Source: Candidatus Limnocylindria bacterium (GTDB lineage Bacteria > Chloroflexota > Limnocylindria > QHBO01). Taken from it: a stretch of 55,367 nucleotides of DNA. The notes below the pieces were generated by a model. It searched no databases and was not told where the DNA came from. It saw nothing but the letters and a program-made list of their open reading frames with translations. Made by a program: the position numbers and the translations under genes. Positions 28,872-39,754 of this stretch are shown one piece after another. The first letter of the stretch is position 1. Every line of letters begins with the position of its first letter. The stretch is taken from the NCBI GenBank assembly GCA_038255505.1, contig JBBSLF010000003.1:1-55367 (forward strand), read 5' to 3'.

Positions 28872-31645
28872 GGATCGGGCTCTGCTGTGGGTTCGGACGT
28901 CGGGCTGGGGGTCGGCGACGGAGTCTCCGTCGGGCTGGGGGTCGGCGTTGGCGTTGGCGTTGGCGTTGGGCTCGGTGTCGGCGATGGCGTGGGCGAGGGC
29001 GTCGGAGTGGCGGTCGGCGTCGGCGTCGGTGACGGCGTCGGAGTCGAAGTCGGCACTTCGCCCGGCGTGCACTCCTCGGTTGGTGCAAATGGCGCGTCGA
29101 TCGGCCCCGGATACGGGACGCGCACGTTGCCATTCAGCTCCTCTTCACGGCCGGTCCACTCGGTGATCCAGGCCTCATTGGCCGCGTCCCAGGTTGGCCG
29201 ATCCTCTTCCCAACCGTTGAGGTCGAGGTACACCTCCTCCACCGGGTCAGCCGGAAGTGGGTCGGCCGACGGATCAGGCGATCCGGATGGCGCGACCGTC
29301 TCGAAATCGCCGCAGCCGTCCTGCCAGATCTTGCCGGTCTCGGCCTCGATCCGAAGTTCGCGATGGGTCGTGTCCTGCTGCGATGGCTGTCGGTCGGCGC
29401 GCACGACCTCGCTCACGGTCGTCGCGGTGAACTCACCCGGTAGCAGTCCGCTGATCGCGTCGATCGTGATGTCGGCGACGCCGTCGGGGCGCGTGAAGTC
29501 GTGGATCGGGAGCTCGTTGAGCGCGGCCACCTCGGCCATGTAGTCGTGCCAGATGAAGGTCGGACCATCGGCGGCGAAGACGTCCTGGATGGGAGAGAAG
29601 TCACTGTTGCCGACCCAGACGCCGGTCACGATTGCCCCGTCGGTGATGGCCGGGTCAGGATCACCTGCCAGGTAGCCGACCGCCTGAAGGTCACGGAAGT
29701 CATTGGTCGTGCCGGTCTTGAGTGTGGCCGGCCGGCGGCCGGCATCGGTCTGGAGCTGGAATCGAGGTCCCCACAATGGATTCGCCTCCGGATCGGTATT
29801 GTCGGCGAGGATGTCGGTCACCAGATAGGCCGATGCAGCCGAGAGCACCCGCTCTGGTTCGTCGGCATCGATTGCATGGTCGTAGATGACGGTACCGGCG
29901 GCGTCCTCGATGCGCTCGATCAGGTACGGCGGCGCGAACTCCCCGCCGTTCGCGATGCCCCCGTACGCGCCTGCCAGGTCGAGCATGTGGACGCCGATGG
30001 TGCCGAGCGTGAGCGAGGGGATAGCCACCTCATCCTCCTGCCGCGGGTCCCACTCGAGGCCGAGCCGCTCGGCCATGGTCACCACGTTGTCGGTACCGAT
30101 GAGCTGCTGCGCCTTGGCGACCGGGATGTTGAGCGAGTATTTCAGGGCGTCGCGGACGCGAACGGGACCACGCTCACGGTTGTCGGCGTTCGGCACCGAA
30201 TAGCCGTCGACGATCTCGCCCTCGACATCCATGAACATCGTGGCCGGGGTGATGGTGCCGGTCTCGAAACCGGCCGCGTACGTGATCGGCTTGAATGCCG
30301 ATCCGGACTGGCGGAAGCCCTGGCCAAGGACGTCGTAGTTCGGCTGATGTTGCGGAGTCGCCTCTCCGTAGAAGTTGGCCGATCCGACGTAGGCCAGCAC
30401 GGCTCCGGTTCGATAGTTGATCGTCACGATCGCGTCGTTGTTGATGTTGCGTCCCTGGAGCTGGGCGATCCATGTCAGCGCCTGCTCGCCGTATTTCTCG
30501 GTGAGCTCCGCGTCTGACAGGCGATCCATGTCATACGCGACCTCGGCCCACTTCTCGGCGGTCGTCTGATAGCCGTCGTAATCGAGTGTCGTTGTGATCC
30601 GCAGACCCCCGATGTCAAGCAGATCCTCGCCCTCGAGCAACTCAGCCGCCTCGCGGCGCACGGCATACACGAAGTGCGGCGCTCGGTACGCGGTGTCCCT
30701 GGGCGGCGCGAGCCTGATCCGCTCGGCCAACGCTTCGTCGTATTCGGCCGAGGTGATGAACTCCGAATCGACCATCTGCTCGAGCACGATGTTGCGCGAT
30801 GTGATGGCCTGGGCCGATTCAAGCACGAAGTAGATGGTCTCGCCATCGACCTCCTCAGTGACGGCCTCGGTTGTCGGGTCCAGGCGCGAGGGAGCGCGCA
30901 CCAGGCTGGCCAGCATCGCCGCCTCGCTCACCGTCAATTGGTCCTCGGGAGCGCCCGATGTCAGATCCTTGTCGAAGTAGCCGCGCGCCGCGGCCCAGAT
31001 GCCATAGGCGTTGTTGCCGTAGTACACCTGGTTGAGGTACATCTCGATGATCCGCTCCTTGCCCTCCCGGCCCGGGTATCGGTCGTCGAGCCGGAGCGCG
31101 AGGAGCGCTTCCTTCACCTTGAGCTCGACGCCACGGCTGGGATCGGCCATGAGCTGCGTGTCGAGGAGGCGCGTGCCAACCAGCTGCTGACAGATCGTGC
31201 TGGCGCCAGAGACAGTTACGCCCGCCTGGAAGTTCTGAACGAAGGCGCGCACGATGGCCTTGAAGTCGACGCACGGATTTTCCCAGAACGTCTGGTCCTC
31301 GGCCGCGATCTGCGCATCGATCATCAGCGAGGGGATTTCCTCGAACGGGATGACACGACGATCCTCGGCAGCGAATGTCGCGAGTTCAATACCGTCGGCG
31401 GACATCACCGTCGATCCCTCGGCGAGGTCAAAGTTCTCGATCTCGGCGATATCGGGCAGGTCGCTGGTGAAGCTGGCGTAGACGCTCATCAGACCGATGA
31501 ACAGGCCGATCGCCAGGACGCCGAACACACTCAGGATCAGGCGCGGGAGCGCGGTCGAGCCGGGTGGTCGTCGTCGCCTGGAAGCCCCCCTGGCGCCGCG
31601 TGCCTGCGCGGGTCCCCGGCCCGGCGGCGGTGATCGTCGGGTCAT
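28868..31645 (-). CDS. Class A penicillin-binding protein (transglycosylase-transpeptidase) with Pro/Thr tail
   Basis: [36 protein letters not shown]; start ATG 31645 with TAGGCT 8 nt upstream. Confidence 0.93.
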   Translation of the reverse strand: MTRRSPPPGRGPAQARGARGASRRRRPPGSTALPRLILSVFGVLAIGLFIGLMSVYASFTSDLPDIAEIENFDLAEGSTVMSADGIELATFAAEDRRVIPFEEIPSLMIDAQIAAEDQTFWENPCVDFKAIVRAFVQNFQAGVTVSGASTICQQLVGTRLLDTQLMADPSRGVELKVKEALLALRLDDRYPGREGKERIIEMYLNQVYYGNNAYGIWAAARGYFDKDLTSGAPEDQLTVSEAAMLASLVRAPSRLDPTTEAVTEEVDGETIYFVLESAQAITSRNIVLEQMVDSEFITSAEYDEALAERIRLAPPRDTAYRAPHFVYAVRREAAELLEGEDLLDIGGLRITTTLDYDGYQTTAEKWAEVAYDMDRLSDAELTEKYGEQALTWIAQLQGRNINNDAIVTINYRTGAVLAYVGSANFYGEATPQHQPNYDVLGQGFRQSGSAFKPITYAAGFETGTITPATMFMDVEGEIVDGYSVPNADNRERGPVRVRDALKYSLNIPVAKAQQLIGTDNVVTMAERLGLEWDPRQEDEVAIPSLTLGTIGVHMLDLAGAYGGIANGGEFAPPYLIERIEDAAGTVIYDHAIDADEPERVLSAASAYLVTDILADNTDPEANPLWGPRFQLQTDAGRRPATLKTGTTNDFRDLQAVGYLAGDPDPAITDGAIVTGVWVGNSDFSPIQDVFAADGPTFIWHDYMAEVAALNELPIHDFTRPDGVADITIDAISGLLPGEFTATTVSEVVRADRQPSQQDTTHRELRIEAETGKIWQDGCGDFETVAPSGSPDPSADPLPADPVEEVYLDLNGWEEDRPTWDAANEAWITEWTGREEELNGNVRVPYPGPIDAPFAPTEECTPGEVPTSTPTPSPTPTPTATPTPSPTPSPTPSPTPTPTPTPTPSPTETPSPTPSPTSEPTAEPDP
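28895..29056 (-). repeat. Low-complexity (P-T/S)n coding repeat
   Basis: GGCGTT/GGCGTC hexamer repeats encoding [10 protein letters not shown] in the PBP C-terminus. Confidence 0.8.
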
Positions 31646-31709
31646 CGCGGCGCAGCCTAGCACGGATGATCGGGGGGCGGCGTTTCGGCCTCCGTATACT
31701 GGCCGTTCC

Positions 31710-32987
31710 ATGAGCCCAACTGTTGACGTCCTCGACGAGCTCGAATGGCGCCGAATGATCGCCGATCACACCGATCTGGACGCCCTGCGCGGGACGATGG
31801 CCGCCGGCCCTATCACCTTCTACGGCGGCTTCGACCCGACAGCACCGAGCCTCCACTTCGGGAATCTCGTGCTGCTCGTCACCATGCGGCGCATGCAGCT
31901 GGCCGGGCATCGGCCGATCGGTCTGGTGGGCGGAGCCACGGGCCTCGTGGGGGATCCGAGCGGGCGGACCAGTGAGCGCACGCTTCATGAGCGAGACGTC
32001 GTCGGTGAGTGGGTGGAGCACATCCGCTCGCAGGTCGAGCGGTATCTCTCATTCGAAGGTACAAACCCCGCGATCATCGTCAATAACCTCGACTGGACCG
32101 CCAGCATGTCGGCCATCGACTGGCTGCGCGACATCGGCAAGCACTTCAGCGTGAGCCGGATGTTGGCCAAGGAGGCCGTGAGCGCGCGCATGGAGGCCGG
32201 CGGCATCAGCTACACCGAGTTCAGCTACCAGGTCATGCAGGCACTCGACTTCATGGAACTGTATCGGCGCCACGGCTGCATCCTTCAGCTGGGGGGAAGC
32301 GACCAGTGGGGCAACCTGACCGCCGGCGTCGACCTCATCCGTCGCGTGGAGGGCGCGACTGTGCACGCCCTTGCCACGCCGCTCATCACGCGGCCCGACG
32401 GGGAAAAGTTCGGCAAGAGCACCGGTTCCACGCTGTGGCTGGATCCAGCGCGAACCTCGCCGTTCGCCTTCTACCAGTGGTTCCTCAACGTCGACGACAC
32501 CGTTGTCGGCACGTACCTGCGCGTCTTCAGCTTCCGATCGCGGGCTGAGATCGAAGAGCTCGAAGCATCGGTTGCTGCTCGCCCGGACGCCCGAGAGGCG
32601 CAACGGTCGCTGGCGTCAGAGGTGACCGCCTTGGTGCACGGAGCCGATGCGGCCGCAGCCGCGGCCGGGGCCAGCCAGGCGCTCTTCGGTGACGGCGACC
32701 TGGCATCGCTTGATGCCACCACGCTTGAAACCGCCTTCGCCGACCTGCCGCGGGCGGCAATTCGCGACCCGATGCCATCGGTCCTTGATCTCCTGGTTGA
32801 GTCCGGCCTCTCAGAGAGCCGTGGCCAGGCCCGTCGAACGCTGAACGAGGGAGGCGCCTATGTCAATAATCAGCGGGTGACAGACGCCACCGCCGTCCCT
32901 GAACAATCCGAGCTGCTGGCCGGACGCTGGTTGCTGCTAAGACGCGGCAAACGCAACCTCGCGGTGGCCGAGGTCGCGGAGCGGTGA
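31710..32987 (+). CDS. tyrS: Tyrosine--tRNA ligase
   Basis: [34 protein letters not shown]-terminal S4 domain; TATACT 9 nt upstream of ATG 31710. Confidence 0.97.
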   Translation: MSPTVDVLDELEWRRMIADHTDLDALRGTMAAGPITFYGGFDPTAPSLHFGNLVLLVTMRRMQLAGHRPIGLVGGATGLVGDPSGRTSERTLHERDVVGEWVEHIRSQVERYLSFEGTNPAIIVNNLDWTASMSAIDWLRDIGKHFSVSRMLAKEAVSARMEAGGISYTEFSYQVMQALDFMELYRRHGCILQLGGSDQWGNLTAGVDLIRRVEGATVHALATPLITRPDGEKFGKSTGSTLWLDPARTSPFAFYQWFLNVDDTVVGTYLRVFSFRSRAEIEELEASVAARPDAREAQRSLASEVTALVHGADAAAAAAGASQALFGDGDLASLDATTLETAFADLPRAAIRDPMPSVLDLLVESGLSESRGQARRTLNEGGAYVNNQRVTDATAVPEQSELLAGRWLLLRRGKRNLAVAEVAER

Positions 32988-33229
32988 GGCTCGCCTTTGC
33001 CACCGGCGCCCTTGCCTCCGGCTTCGTGGCGGCCGGACTCTCGGCCATCGTCATCTGGGTCATCACGGTCGTGACCCGATCGGCCGATCCGTGGTCCGCC
33101 GCGCCGTGGGTGGTCAGCGTCTTTGCGGCGGTCGTGGCAGGCGCCACCTACGTCGCCGAAGGCGTTGCGTACCGTCGAACGCTCGGCCGGATGCGGGCGA
33201 CCGGCGAGCCATGGGCGTATCGACCATAA
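32984..33229 (+). CDS. Small 2-TM hypothetical protein
   Basis: GTGA overlap with the tyrS stop; two hydrophobic helices. Confidence 0.6.
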   Translation: MRLAFATGALASGFVAAGLSAIVIWVITVVTRSADPWSAAPWVVSVFAAVVAGATYVAEGVAYRRTLGRMRATGEPWAYRP

Positions 33230-33247
33230 TCCCGGCGCCTCAGGGTG

Positions 33248-35329
33248 TCAGTGGCCGCGCTCCGGACTGTGGCCGGTGTGCGAGGCGGCTTCCGCCACCA
33301 CCCGGTCGGCGATGGTCGTCGGCACCTCGGCGTAGTGGTCGACCTTCCAGCTGAACCTGCCGCGGCCCTGCGTGATCGAGCGCAGCTCGGTGGCGTAGTG
33401 GAACATCTCGGCCTGCGGGACCTGCGCCTTGAGGTGCTGATGGCCATTGGCCAAGTCCATGCCGAGCACGTGCCCGCGCTTCGAGGTGATCTGACCCATC
33501 ACATCGCCCATGAATTCATCGGGGACCACGACATCAACCTCGAGGATCGGCTCCAGCAGCGCCGGTGAGGCGGCATCGAACGCTTTCCTCAACGCCTGGG
33601 ACGCCGCGACCTTGAAGGCCATCTCGGAGCTGTCGACGGTGTGATAGGAGCCGTCCACCAGCGTCGCGGACAGATCGACCACCGGGTAGCCGGCCAGGAT
33701 GCCCTCGGCCATCGCCTCGCGCAGACCCTTCTCGACGGCTGGAATGTATTGCTTGGGCACGACGCCACCCACGATCCGGTTGCCGAACTGAAAGCCGGCA
33801 CCCATCTCTGCAGGCGCGAACTCGATCACGACGTGACCGAACTGGCCGTGGCCGCCCGTCTGACGCTTGTAGCGATTCTCGATGCGCGTCGCCTGCCGAA
33901 TGGTCTCCCGATACGGAACGCGCGGTGTCGCGGTCGTGACCGATGCCCCGAACTTGCGCTTGAGCCGGTCGACGATGACATCGACGTGCGCGTCGCCCAT
34001 CGCGGTCAGGACGGTTTCGCCGGTTCCCTCCTCTCGCCGGATTTCCACGCACGGATCCTCTTCGATCAGCCGATGGAGCGCCTGACCCAACTTGTCGAGA
34101 TCGGCTTTCGACTCGGGCTCAATTGCAACCTGGAGAGAAGGCGCCGGAAAGGCAAGTGGCGCGAACTCCACGGCACCGGCCTGATCGCTGACCAGCGTAT
34201 CCCCGGCATGGGTCGACGTCAGCTTCGCCACCGCGGCGATGTCGCCGGGACCCACCCTCCCTAGGGTCTCCGTTTCCTTGCCCTGCACGGACAGGAGGTT
34301 GCCGATGCGCTCGGACTCCCGGCGTGTCGCGTTGTAGACGTGACCCTGGCTCGAGAGCGTGCCCGACACGACGCGGAAATACGTCAGGCGGCCGACGAAC
34401 GGATCGGCGCTTGCCTTGAACACCTGGGCGACGAACGGGCCGGCCGGGTCAGGCGTCAGCTCCGTTCCATCTGCCGTGGCACGCGTGCCAACCTCGGCGG
34501 GGGAGGGAACATGCTTGACGATCATGCTGATCAATTCGCGAACGCCGATATTCGCCGTTGCGGAACCGACGAAGACCGGGACCACCGAGCCTTCGCGCGT
34601 GCCCTTGTGCAGGGCAGCCTCGATCTCGGCGTCGGTGAACGCCTCTCCCTCGAGGTACTTCTCCATCAGCTCATCGCTGGCTTCCGCCGCGGCCTCGACC
34701 AGTGCGTCACGCCGCGAATGCTCGGCCCCCTCCATATCCGGCGGGATTGGAACCTCCTTGGGCTTGCCGCTCTCGTAGACGTTGGCGTGCTCCTCGATGA
34801 CATCGACGTAACCGCGAAATGTCCCCGCGGAACCGATGGGCAGATAGACCGGCGCGATCTTCGGACCAAAGCGCGCCTTGAGCTGCTCGAGGGTGGCGTC
34901 GTAATTCGCGTTCTCGCGGTCCATCTTGTTGATGAAGACCATCCGCGGCAGGCCACGCTCGTCCGCGAGGCGCCAGACCTCCTCGGTGCCGACCTCGACC
35001 CCGGCGGACGCGTCGACCACCACGATGGCCGCATCGACGGCGGCCAGCGCCTCAACCACATCGGCCTGGAAGTCGGCATAGCCTGGCGTGTCCACGATGG
35101 TGACGCGCACGCCCTCGTGCTCTATGGAGCCGACGGCCAGGTTGATGCTCTGACTGCGCTTGTGCTCGTCCGGGTCCCAATCCAGCGTGGTCGTACCGGC
35201 CTCAACGCTGCCAAGGCGAGTGATCGCGCCGGCGTCGAACAGCATGGCCTCGGCGAGACTCGTCTTTCCTGCGCCACCGTGGCTGATGAGTGCGACGTTG
35301 CGGATCCTGTCGGGCGTGGTCGGCTTCAT
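33248..35329 (-). CDS. Elongation factor G paralogue (EF-G2/FusA2-like)
   Basis: SHGGAGKT, DTPG, NKMD, GGHGQFG, VDSSEMAF; switch I RSQSI instead of RGITI; not in the str operon; GAGGAG SD. Confidence 0.92.
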   Translation of the reverse strand: MKPTTPDRIRNVALISHGGAGKTSLAEAMLFDAGAITRLGSVEAGTTTLDWDPDEHKRSQSINLAVGSIEHEGVRVTIVDTPGYADFQADVVEALAAVDAAIVVVDASAGVEVGTEEVWRLADERGLPRMVFINKMDRENANYDATLEQLKARFGPKIAPVYLPIGSAGTFRGYVDVIEEHANVYESGKPKEVPIPPDMEGAEHSRRDALVEAAAEASDELMEKYLEGEAFTDAEIEAALHKGTREGSVVPVFVGSATANIGVRELISMIVKHVPSPAEVGTRATADGTELTPDPAGPFVAQVFKASADPFVGRLTYFRVVSGTLSSQGHVYNATRRESERIGNLLSVQGKETETLGRVGPGDIAAVAKLTSTHAGDTLVSDQAGAVEFAPLAFPAPSLQVAIEPESKADLDKLGQALHRLIEEDPCVEIRREEGTGETVLTAMGDAHVDVIVDRLKRKFGASVTTATPRVPYRETIRQATRIENRYKRQTGGHGQFGHVVIEFAPAEMGAGFQFGNRIVGGVVPKQYIPAVEKGLREAMAEGILAGYPVVDLSATLVDGSYHTVDSSEMAFKVAASQALRKAFDAASPALLEPILEVDVVVPDEFMGDVMGQITSKRGHVLGMDLANGHQHLKAQVPQAEMFHYATELRSITQGRGRFSWKVDHYAEVPTTIADRVVAEAASHTGHSPERGH

Positions 35330-35378
35330 CGGTGCTCCTCGCGCATGGTGGTGGCGAGGCGTCATTATAGGAGCCTGA

Positions 35379-36353
35379 ATGTTTGCTCACGTTGATTACG
35401 TCACGGATCCTGCGGCCTCCGATGACCCGATCAGATTCCTGATTGATGCGATTGCGGAGCCCGGGTCAGCGCTCCTGCTCGGCATCGGCGTCGTTGTGGC
35501 GCTTGCCGGAATCCTGGCCTGGGCACGATGGCGGCCGCTGGATGCGGCGCGGCTGCGGCTCATCGAACGCGCGGAGACCTACCGCGAATACATTCCGTGG
35601 ATCGTGCGGCTTTCAATCGGGCTGGTGCTTATCGGCTCCGGATTGTCGCGCGTGCTGTTCCTGCCGACGCTTGAGGCCGGCGGCCTGCTCGCGTTGCTGT
35701 TGACGGCATCAGGCTTCCTGCTGCTGCTCGGCCTGGCCGTGCGGCCGGCGGCGCTGATCGCGCTCGGAACGTACATCGTCACGCTGGTAGTCAATCCGGA
35801 ACTGGTCATGATGCTCGACGTGGCCGGTGCCCTGAGCGCGGCGGCAATCCTGGGACCGGGCCGGCCCTCGCTCGACGACCTGTTGCGCGCTGCCTTCCCG
35901 CGCGGACCCGGCGCGCGTGCCGCCAACCAGAATCTCGCGACGGGACGCTATGACGATCTCGTGCCGCTGCTGGTGCGATTTGGCCTCGGCGGCGCTTTCG
36001 TCGCGTCAGGGGTCATCGACAAGCTCCTCATCCACGACCAGGCACTGGCCGCGGTGGAGCGGTACGGTCTGACCGCCGTCGTGCCCGTGGCGCCCGAGCT
36101 GTGGGTGCTCGGTGCCTTTCTGATCGAGACCGCGCTCGGGTTGGCCATCGTCCTCGGCGTCCTGACTCGGTTCAGCGCCATCGTCGGCTTCGCCGTGCTC
36201 ACCCTGGCCCTGTTCGCCCTGCCCGACGACCCGGTCATTGCGCACGTTGCGCTCTTCGGCCTGTCGTCGCTGCTCGTCATCACCGGCGCCGGGCGCTGGA
36301 GCGTGGACCGCGCGGTCCTCCAACCGTTGGGGGACAGACTCCGTCACGCGTGA
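35379..36353 (+). CDS. DoxX-family multi-pass membrane protein (two DoxX-like halves)
   Basis: RLSIG..SG and RFGLG..SGVIDKL..IETALGLAIVLGVLTR..GAGRWSVD. Confidence 0.8.
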   Translation: MFAHVDYVTDPAASDDPIRFLIDAIAEPGSALLLGIGVVVALAGILAWARWRPLDAARLRLIERAETYREYIPWIVRLSIGLVLIGSGLSRVLFLPTLEAGGLLALLLTASGFLLLLGLAVRPAALIALGTYIVTLVVNPELVMMLDVAGALSAAAILGPGRPSLDDLLRAAFPRGPGARAANQNLATGRYDDLVPLLVRFGLGGAFVASGVIDKLLIHDQALAAVERYGLTAVVPVAPELWVLGAFLIETALGLAIVLGVLTRFSAIVGFAVLTLALFALPDDPVIAHVALFGLSSLLVITGAGRWSVDRAVLQPLGDRLRHA

Positions 36354-36381
36354 TTGGTAGAATCGGCCGCAAGGAGGACCA

Positions 36382-37140
36382 ATGTCAGGTCACAGCAAAT
36401 GGTCGACGATCAAGCGGCAGAAGGGTGCCAACGACGCGAAGCGCGGCGCCCTGTTCACCAAGCTTGCCCGAGAGATCATCACGGCTGCGCGCAACGGAGG
36501 GGCCGATGTCGAGGCGAACCACCGGCTGCGCATGGCGGTGGACAAGGCCAGACAGAACTCCATGCCCGCGGACAACATCAAGCGCGCGATCGAGAAGGCA
36601 ACCGGATCGGGCGCCGATGCCGAGCAGTACGAAGAGGTGACCTACGAAGGGATCGGTCCGGCCAATGTCGCGGTCATCGTGGCTGCCATGACCGACAACC
36701 GGAATCGCACAGCGTCCGAGATCCGCAGCACATTCAGCAAGGTCGGGGGCTCGCTCTCGAACGTGGCATGGCAATTCGAACTCAAGGGTGTTATCAGCCT
36801 CCCGCTGAACGGCCAGGATCCCGACGACGTCACGCTTACCGCGATCGACGCCGGTGCCGCGGATGTCAGTGCGCCCGAGGCCGGCAGCATCGTCATCTCC
36901 ACGGAACCTGGCGACCTCGAGACTGTGCGTCAGGCGCTCGCGGCCGCGGGCCACGAGGCGGAATCAGCCGAGCTGTCGATGGAGCCCACCACGACGATCG
37001 CGATCACCGACGAGAAGCAGGCACGAGCCGTCCTCCAGTTCATGGAGCGGCTCGAAGACCTCGACGACGTGCAGAATGTCTATGCCAATTTCGACATTCC
37101 TGCCCAGCTCATGGAGCAGCTTGAGGCGCAGGTCGCCTAA
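36382..37140 (+). CDS. yebC: YebC/PmpR family protein
   Basis: MSGHSKWSTIKRQKG, TDNRNRT, LEDLDDVQNVY. Confidence 0.96.
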   Translation: MSGHSKWSTIKRQKGANDAKRGALFTKLAREIITAARNGGADVEANHRLRMAVDKARQNSMPADNIKRAIEKATGSGADAEQYEEVTYEGIGPANVAVIVAAMTDNRNRTASEIRSTFSKVGGSLSNVAWQFELKGVISLPLNGQDPDDVTLTAIDAGAADVSAPEAGSIVISTEPGDLETVRQALAAAGHEAESAELSMEPTTTIAITDEKQARAVLQFMERLEDLDDVQNVYANFDIPAQLMEQLEAQVA

Positions 37141-37259
37141 CCGTCGGTACGGAGGTAGCCGCTGAGCAACGCCCCGACGTCCGGCACCATCTCCTGGCGC
37201 AGACGGTAGCGCTTTCGTACAGCCAGTCGGCGAGCAGGTATGCCGCTACCATGCGGAGC

Positions 37260-37754
37260 GTGATCACGCTCGGCATCGATCCAGGCACGGCCATCTGCGG
37301 CTTCGGGGTGGTGTCGCTCGAGGGTGCTTCGCTGCGGATGATCGATGCAGGCTGCGTTCGCACGCGGACGGATGAAACGGACGCCCATCGGCTTCGGCAG
37401 CTGTATGGCGCGCTGCGCGGGCTCATCGTCGAACACCGCCCCGAGCGGGTGGGCATCGAACGGCTCTTCTTCCAACGTAACGTCCAGACCGCCATGACGG
37501 TTGGCCAGGCTCGCGGCGTCGCGCTCCTGGTCGCGGCGGAAGCTGGACTTCCCATCGATGAGCCGACGCCGAACGAGGTCAAGCAGACGATATGCGGAAA
37601 CGGATCGGCCGATAAGCAACAGGTGGCGGCCATGGTTGAACGACTGCTGGGCGTGAGACTGAACGGTGTCCCCGACGACGCGACCGACGCGCTCGCCATC
37701 GCCATCGGCTGCGCCTATCGCGCTGCGGCCGAGCCAAAGGCGATTGTCGGATGA
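37260..37754 (+). CDS. ruvC: Holliday junction resolvase RuvC
   Basis: LGIDPG, IERLFF, GQARG, GSADKQQV, DDATDALAIA; GTG 37260 follows TACCAT by 7 nt. Confidence 0.96.
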   Translation: MITLGIDPGTAICGFGVVSLEGASLRMIDAGCVRTRTDETDAHRLRQLYGALRGLIVEHRPERVGIERLFFQRNVQTAMTVGQARGVALLVAAEAGLPIDEPTPNEVKQTICGNGSADKQQVAAMVERLLGVRLNGVPDDATDALAIAIGCAYRAAAEPKAIVG

Positions 37755-38326
37755 TCGGATCCATTCGAGGAACGGTCACGCACATCGGGCTGGACTACGC
37801 GTTGATCGAGGTCGGCGGCATCGGCTACCGCGTGGTTGCCGGTCCGGCCCTTCTCGGAAAGCTGCCCCAGGGCCGCGAGGCATCGGTCTATACCCATCAT
37901 CTCGTTCGCGAGGACACCGAAGCCCTGTTCGGCTTTGCGACGACCGAGGAGCTCGGCTTCTTCGAGCTGCTCATGACCGTCTCGCAGGTCGGCCCGCGCC
38001 TGGCGCTCGCCATCACCGCGGCGCATGCCGTGACGAAGCTCCAACTTGCCATCGTGACCGATGACGTCGACGTCTTTACCGCCGTTTCCGGGGTTGGGCG
38101 CAAGACGGCGCAGCGCATCATCCTGGAACTGAAGGAAAAGGTGTATGCCGCCGGGATCGCTGCCGGCGGCCTCAATTCGACCGACTCCGATGTCGTTGCC
38201 GCCCTGGAATCCCTGGGCTATTCGGCCAGCGAGGCGCGCAAGGCCGCCGGTGCGGTGGCGGGGACCGACGGCGAGCTCGACGTACGCATCAAGGCAGCAC
38301 TCCAGGAACTGGCCCGTTCACGATGA
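37751..38326 (+). CDS. ruvA: Holliday junction branch migration protein RuvA
   Basis: VGGIGY, VREDT..LFGF, VGPRLA, GVGRKTAQRIILELK, ALESLGY. Confidence 0.96.
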   Translation: MIGSIRGTVTHIGLDYALIEVGGIGYRVVAGPALLGKLPQGREASVYTHHLVREDTEALFGFATTEELGFFELLMTVSQVGPRLALAITAAHAVTKLQLAIVTDDVDVFTAVSGVGRKTAQRIILELKEKVYAAGIAAGGLNSTDSDVVAALESLGYSASEARKAAGAVAGTDGELDVRIKAALQELARSR

Positions 38327-38787
38327 CCGCCCCACACGACTGGAGCGATCCGAAGGTGGCCGAGCACATCCTGCGCTCGTATCGCGTCTGGGCCGTGGTC
38401 GGCTGTTCGTCGCACCCATGGCGAGCGTCGCATGGCGTGTCGCGCTACCTCCTGAGCCAGGGCTACGGCGTCGTGCCGATCAACCCGAACGAGGAGCTGA
38501 TTCACGGCAAGCAGGCGTATCCGGATCTGCGTTCCGTGCCGACGGACCCGCGCGCCCGAATCGAGGTGGTCGACATCTTCCGCCGCTCCGACCTCGTGCT
38601 GCCGCATGTCGAGGAGGCGATCGCCATCGGCGCGAAGGCGATCTGGATGCAGCTCGAGGTCTGGAACGAGGAGGCGGCACAGCTCGCTGCGGATGCCGGC
38701 CTGGCCGTGGTCATGAACCGTTGCCCGGCCATCGACCACCCGGTCATGATCGGTACCCGCGGCGGCATTAGCTCCGAAGCCACCTGA
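38323..38787 (+). CDS. CoA-binding protein (YccU-like)
   Basis: AVVGCS, VPINP, VDIFRRS, IWMQ, VVMNRC; ATGA overlap with ruvA. Confidence 0.9.
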   Translation: MTAPHDWSDPKVAEHILRSYRVWAVVGCSSHPWRASHGVSRYLLSQGYGVVPINPNEELIHGKQAYPDLRSVPTDPRARIEVVDIFRRSDLVLPHVEEAIAIGAKAIWMQLEVWNEEAAQLAADAGLAVVMNRCPAIDHPVMIGTRGGISSEAT

Positions 38788-38824
38788 TTGTCATCACGTC
38801 GCGGAAAATTGGCCCTCGATAGCT

Positions 38825-39745
38825 TCAGTCCCGACGCAGAACCAGCCCGATGTGTCCATATGGCGGTCGCGGGTCGGCATAGGTCTTGACGCGGCCGTCG
38901 GTTGACTCCGCAACGGCGTCCCACAGTCGGTTCTGCGCGTCGAAGCTGGCCTCGGCCAGTTGCGGCCATCGGTCGAGCATGCGCATGCCGATCTCGTTGA
39001 CGAGATGCTGGATCGAGAGACTGACGAACTCCTCGAAGACAGCGGCGGCGAGGTCTGCGACCTGCTCAGCAGCCACGTAGCGAGCGGGGTCGACCAACAC
39101 GGCGTCCGACGCATCGGTATAGCGCCAGCCGATGTTGCACCAGATGTAGAGCGGCCGATCCGGACGCTCGGGAAGGGTGGTGTGCTCGTCGCGCGCGAAA
39201 TCGGCGAAGGCGGAGCCGGTGATCTTGATCAGCTGGAGCTCGCGGCGGCCGCACTCGTGCTCGGTGATGGCCACCGCGCCGTCATCGGTCCGCGAGAGCT
39301 CAAGGCGCGCGATACCATGGTCGCATCGGTCCCGGCTGAAGAGGCGGTCGGAGATGTCGAAGCCACCCGCGACTGGCACCACGGCGGCGGGAAATGGGAG
39401 ATCACGACCAAGCATGGTCAGGCGTTCCATGTGAGGATACGTGTCCAGGAAGGCCGTGCCGACTTCGAACAGCCACTCCTCGAGCGTGCGCGCGCGCGCG
39501 GTCAGCGACTGGGCATGGATGAAGTTCTTCATCGTGTCCGTGGCGACCACCAGCCGGTTGTCACCTCTCGTGTAGGCGTCCAGGAACTGCGTCCCGTGGA
39601 CGACCACCTCGATCTGCGCAGCCACGAGGTTGTTCTCGCGCCCGGCGAACGGGGATTCGGGAATGCGCATGACGCCGGTCAGCGGCTCCGCGTGGGTGCG
39701 GTAGACGCTGACATCGGCCTTCCCGTAGCGGATCTCGTGCTTCAT
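38825..39745 (-). CDS. pucL: Urate oxidase (factor-independent uricase)
   Basis: YGK, VVATDTMKN (catalytic Thr), LIKITGSAF..F.RDEHTTLPE..DR, SIQ, PPYG. Confidence 0.93.
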   Translation of the reverse strand: MKHEIRYGKADVSVYRTHAEPLTGVMRIPESPFAGRENNLVAAQIEVVVHGTQFLDAYTRGDNRLVVATDTMKNFIHAQSLTARARTLEEWLFEVGTAFLDTYPHMERLTMLGRDLPFPAAVVPVAGGFDISDRLFSRDRCDHGIARLELSRTDDGAVAITEHECGRRELQLIKITGSAFADFARDEHTTLPERPDRPLYIWCNIGWRYTDASDAVLVDPARYVAAEQVADLAAAVFEEFVSLSIQHLVNEIGMRMLDRWPQLAEASFDAQNRLWDAVAESTDGRVKTYADPRPPYGHIGLVLRRD

Positions 39746-39754
39746 GCGTCGATA

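Noticed and set aside
28895-29056. Hexamer tandem repeats as CRISPR or VNTR
   Set aside because: They encode the in-frame Pro/Thr tail of the PBP; there are no spacers and no cas genes.
37141-37246. Possible gene remnant on the minus strand (..RYRLRQEMVPDVGALLSGYLRTDG*)
   Set aside because: No credible start or family match; too short to support.
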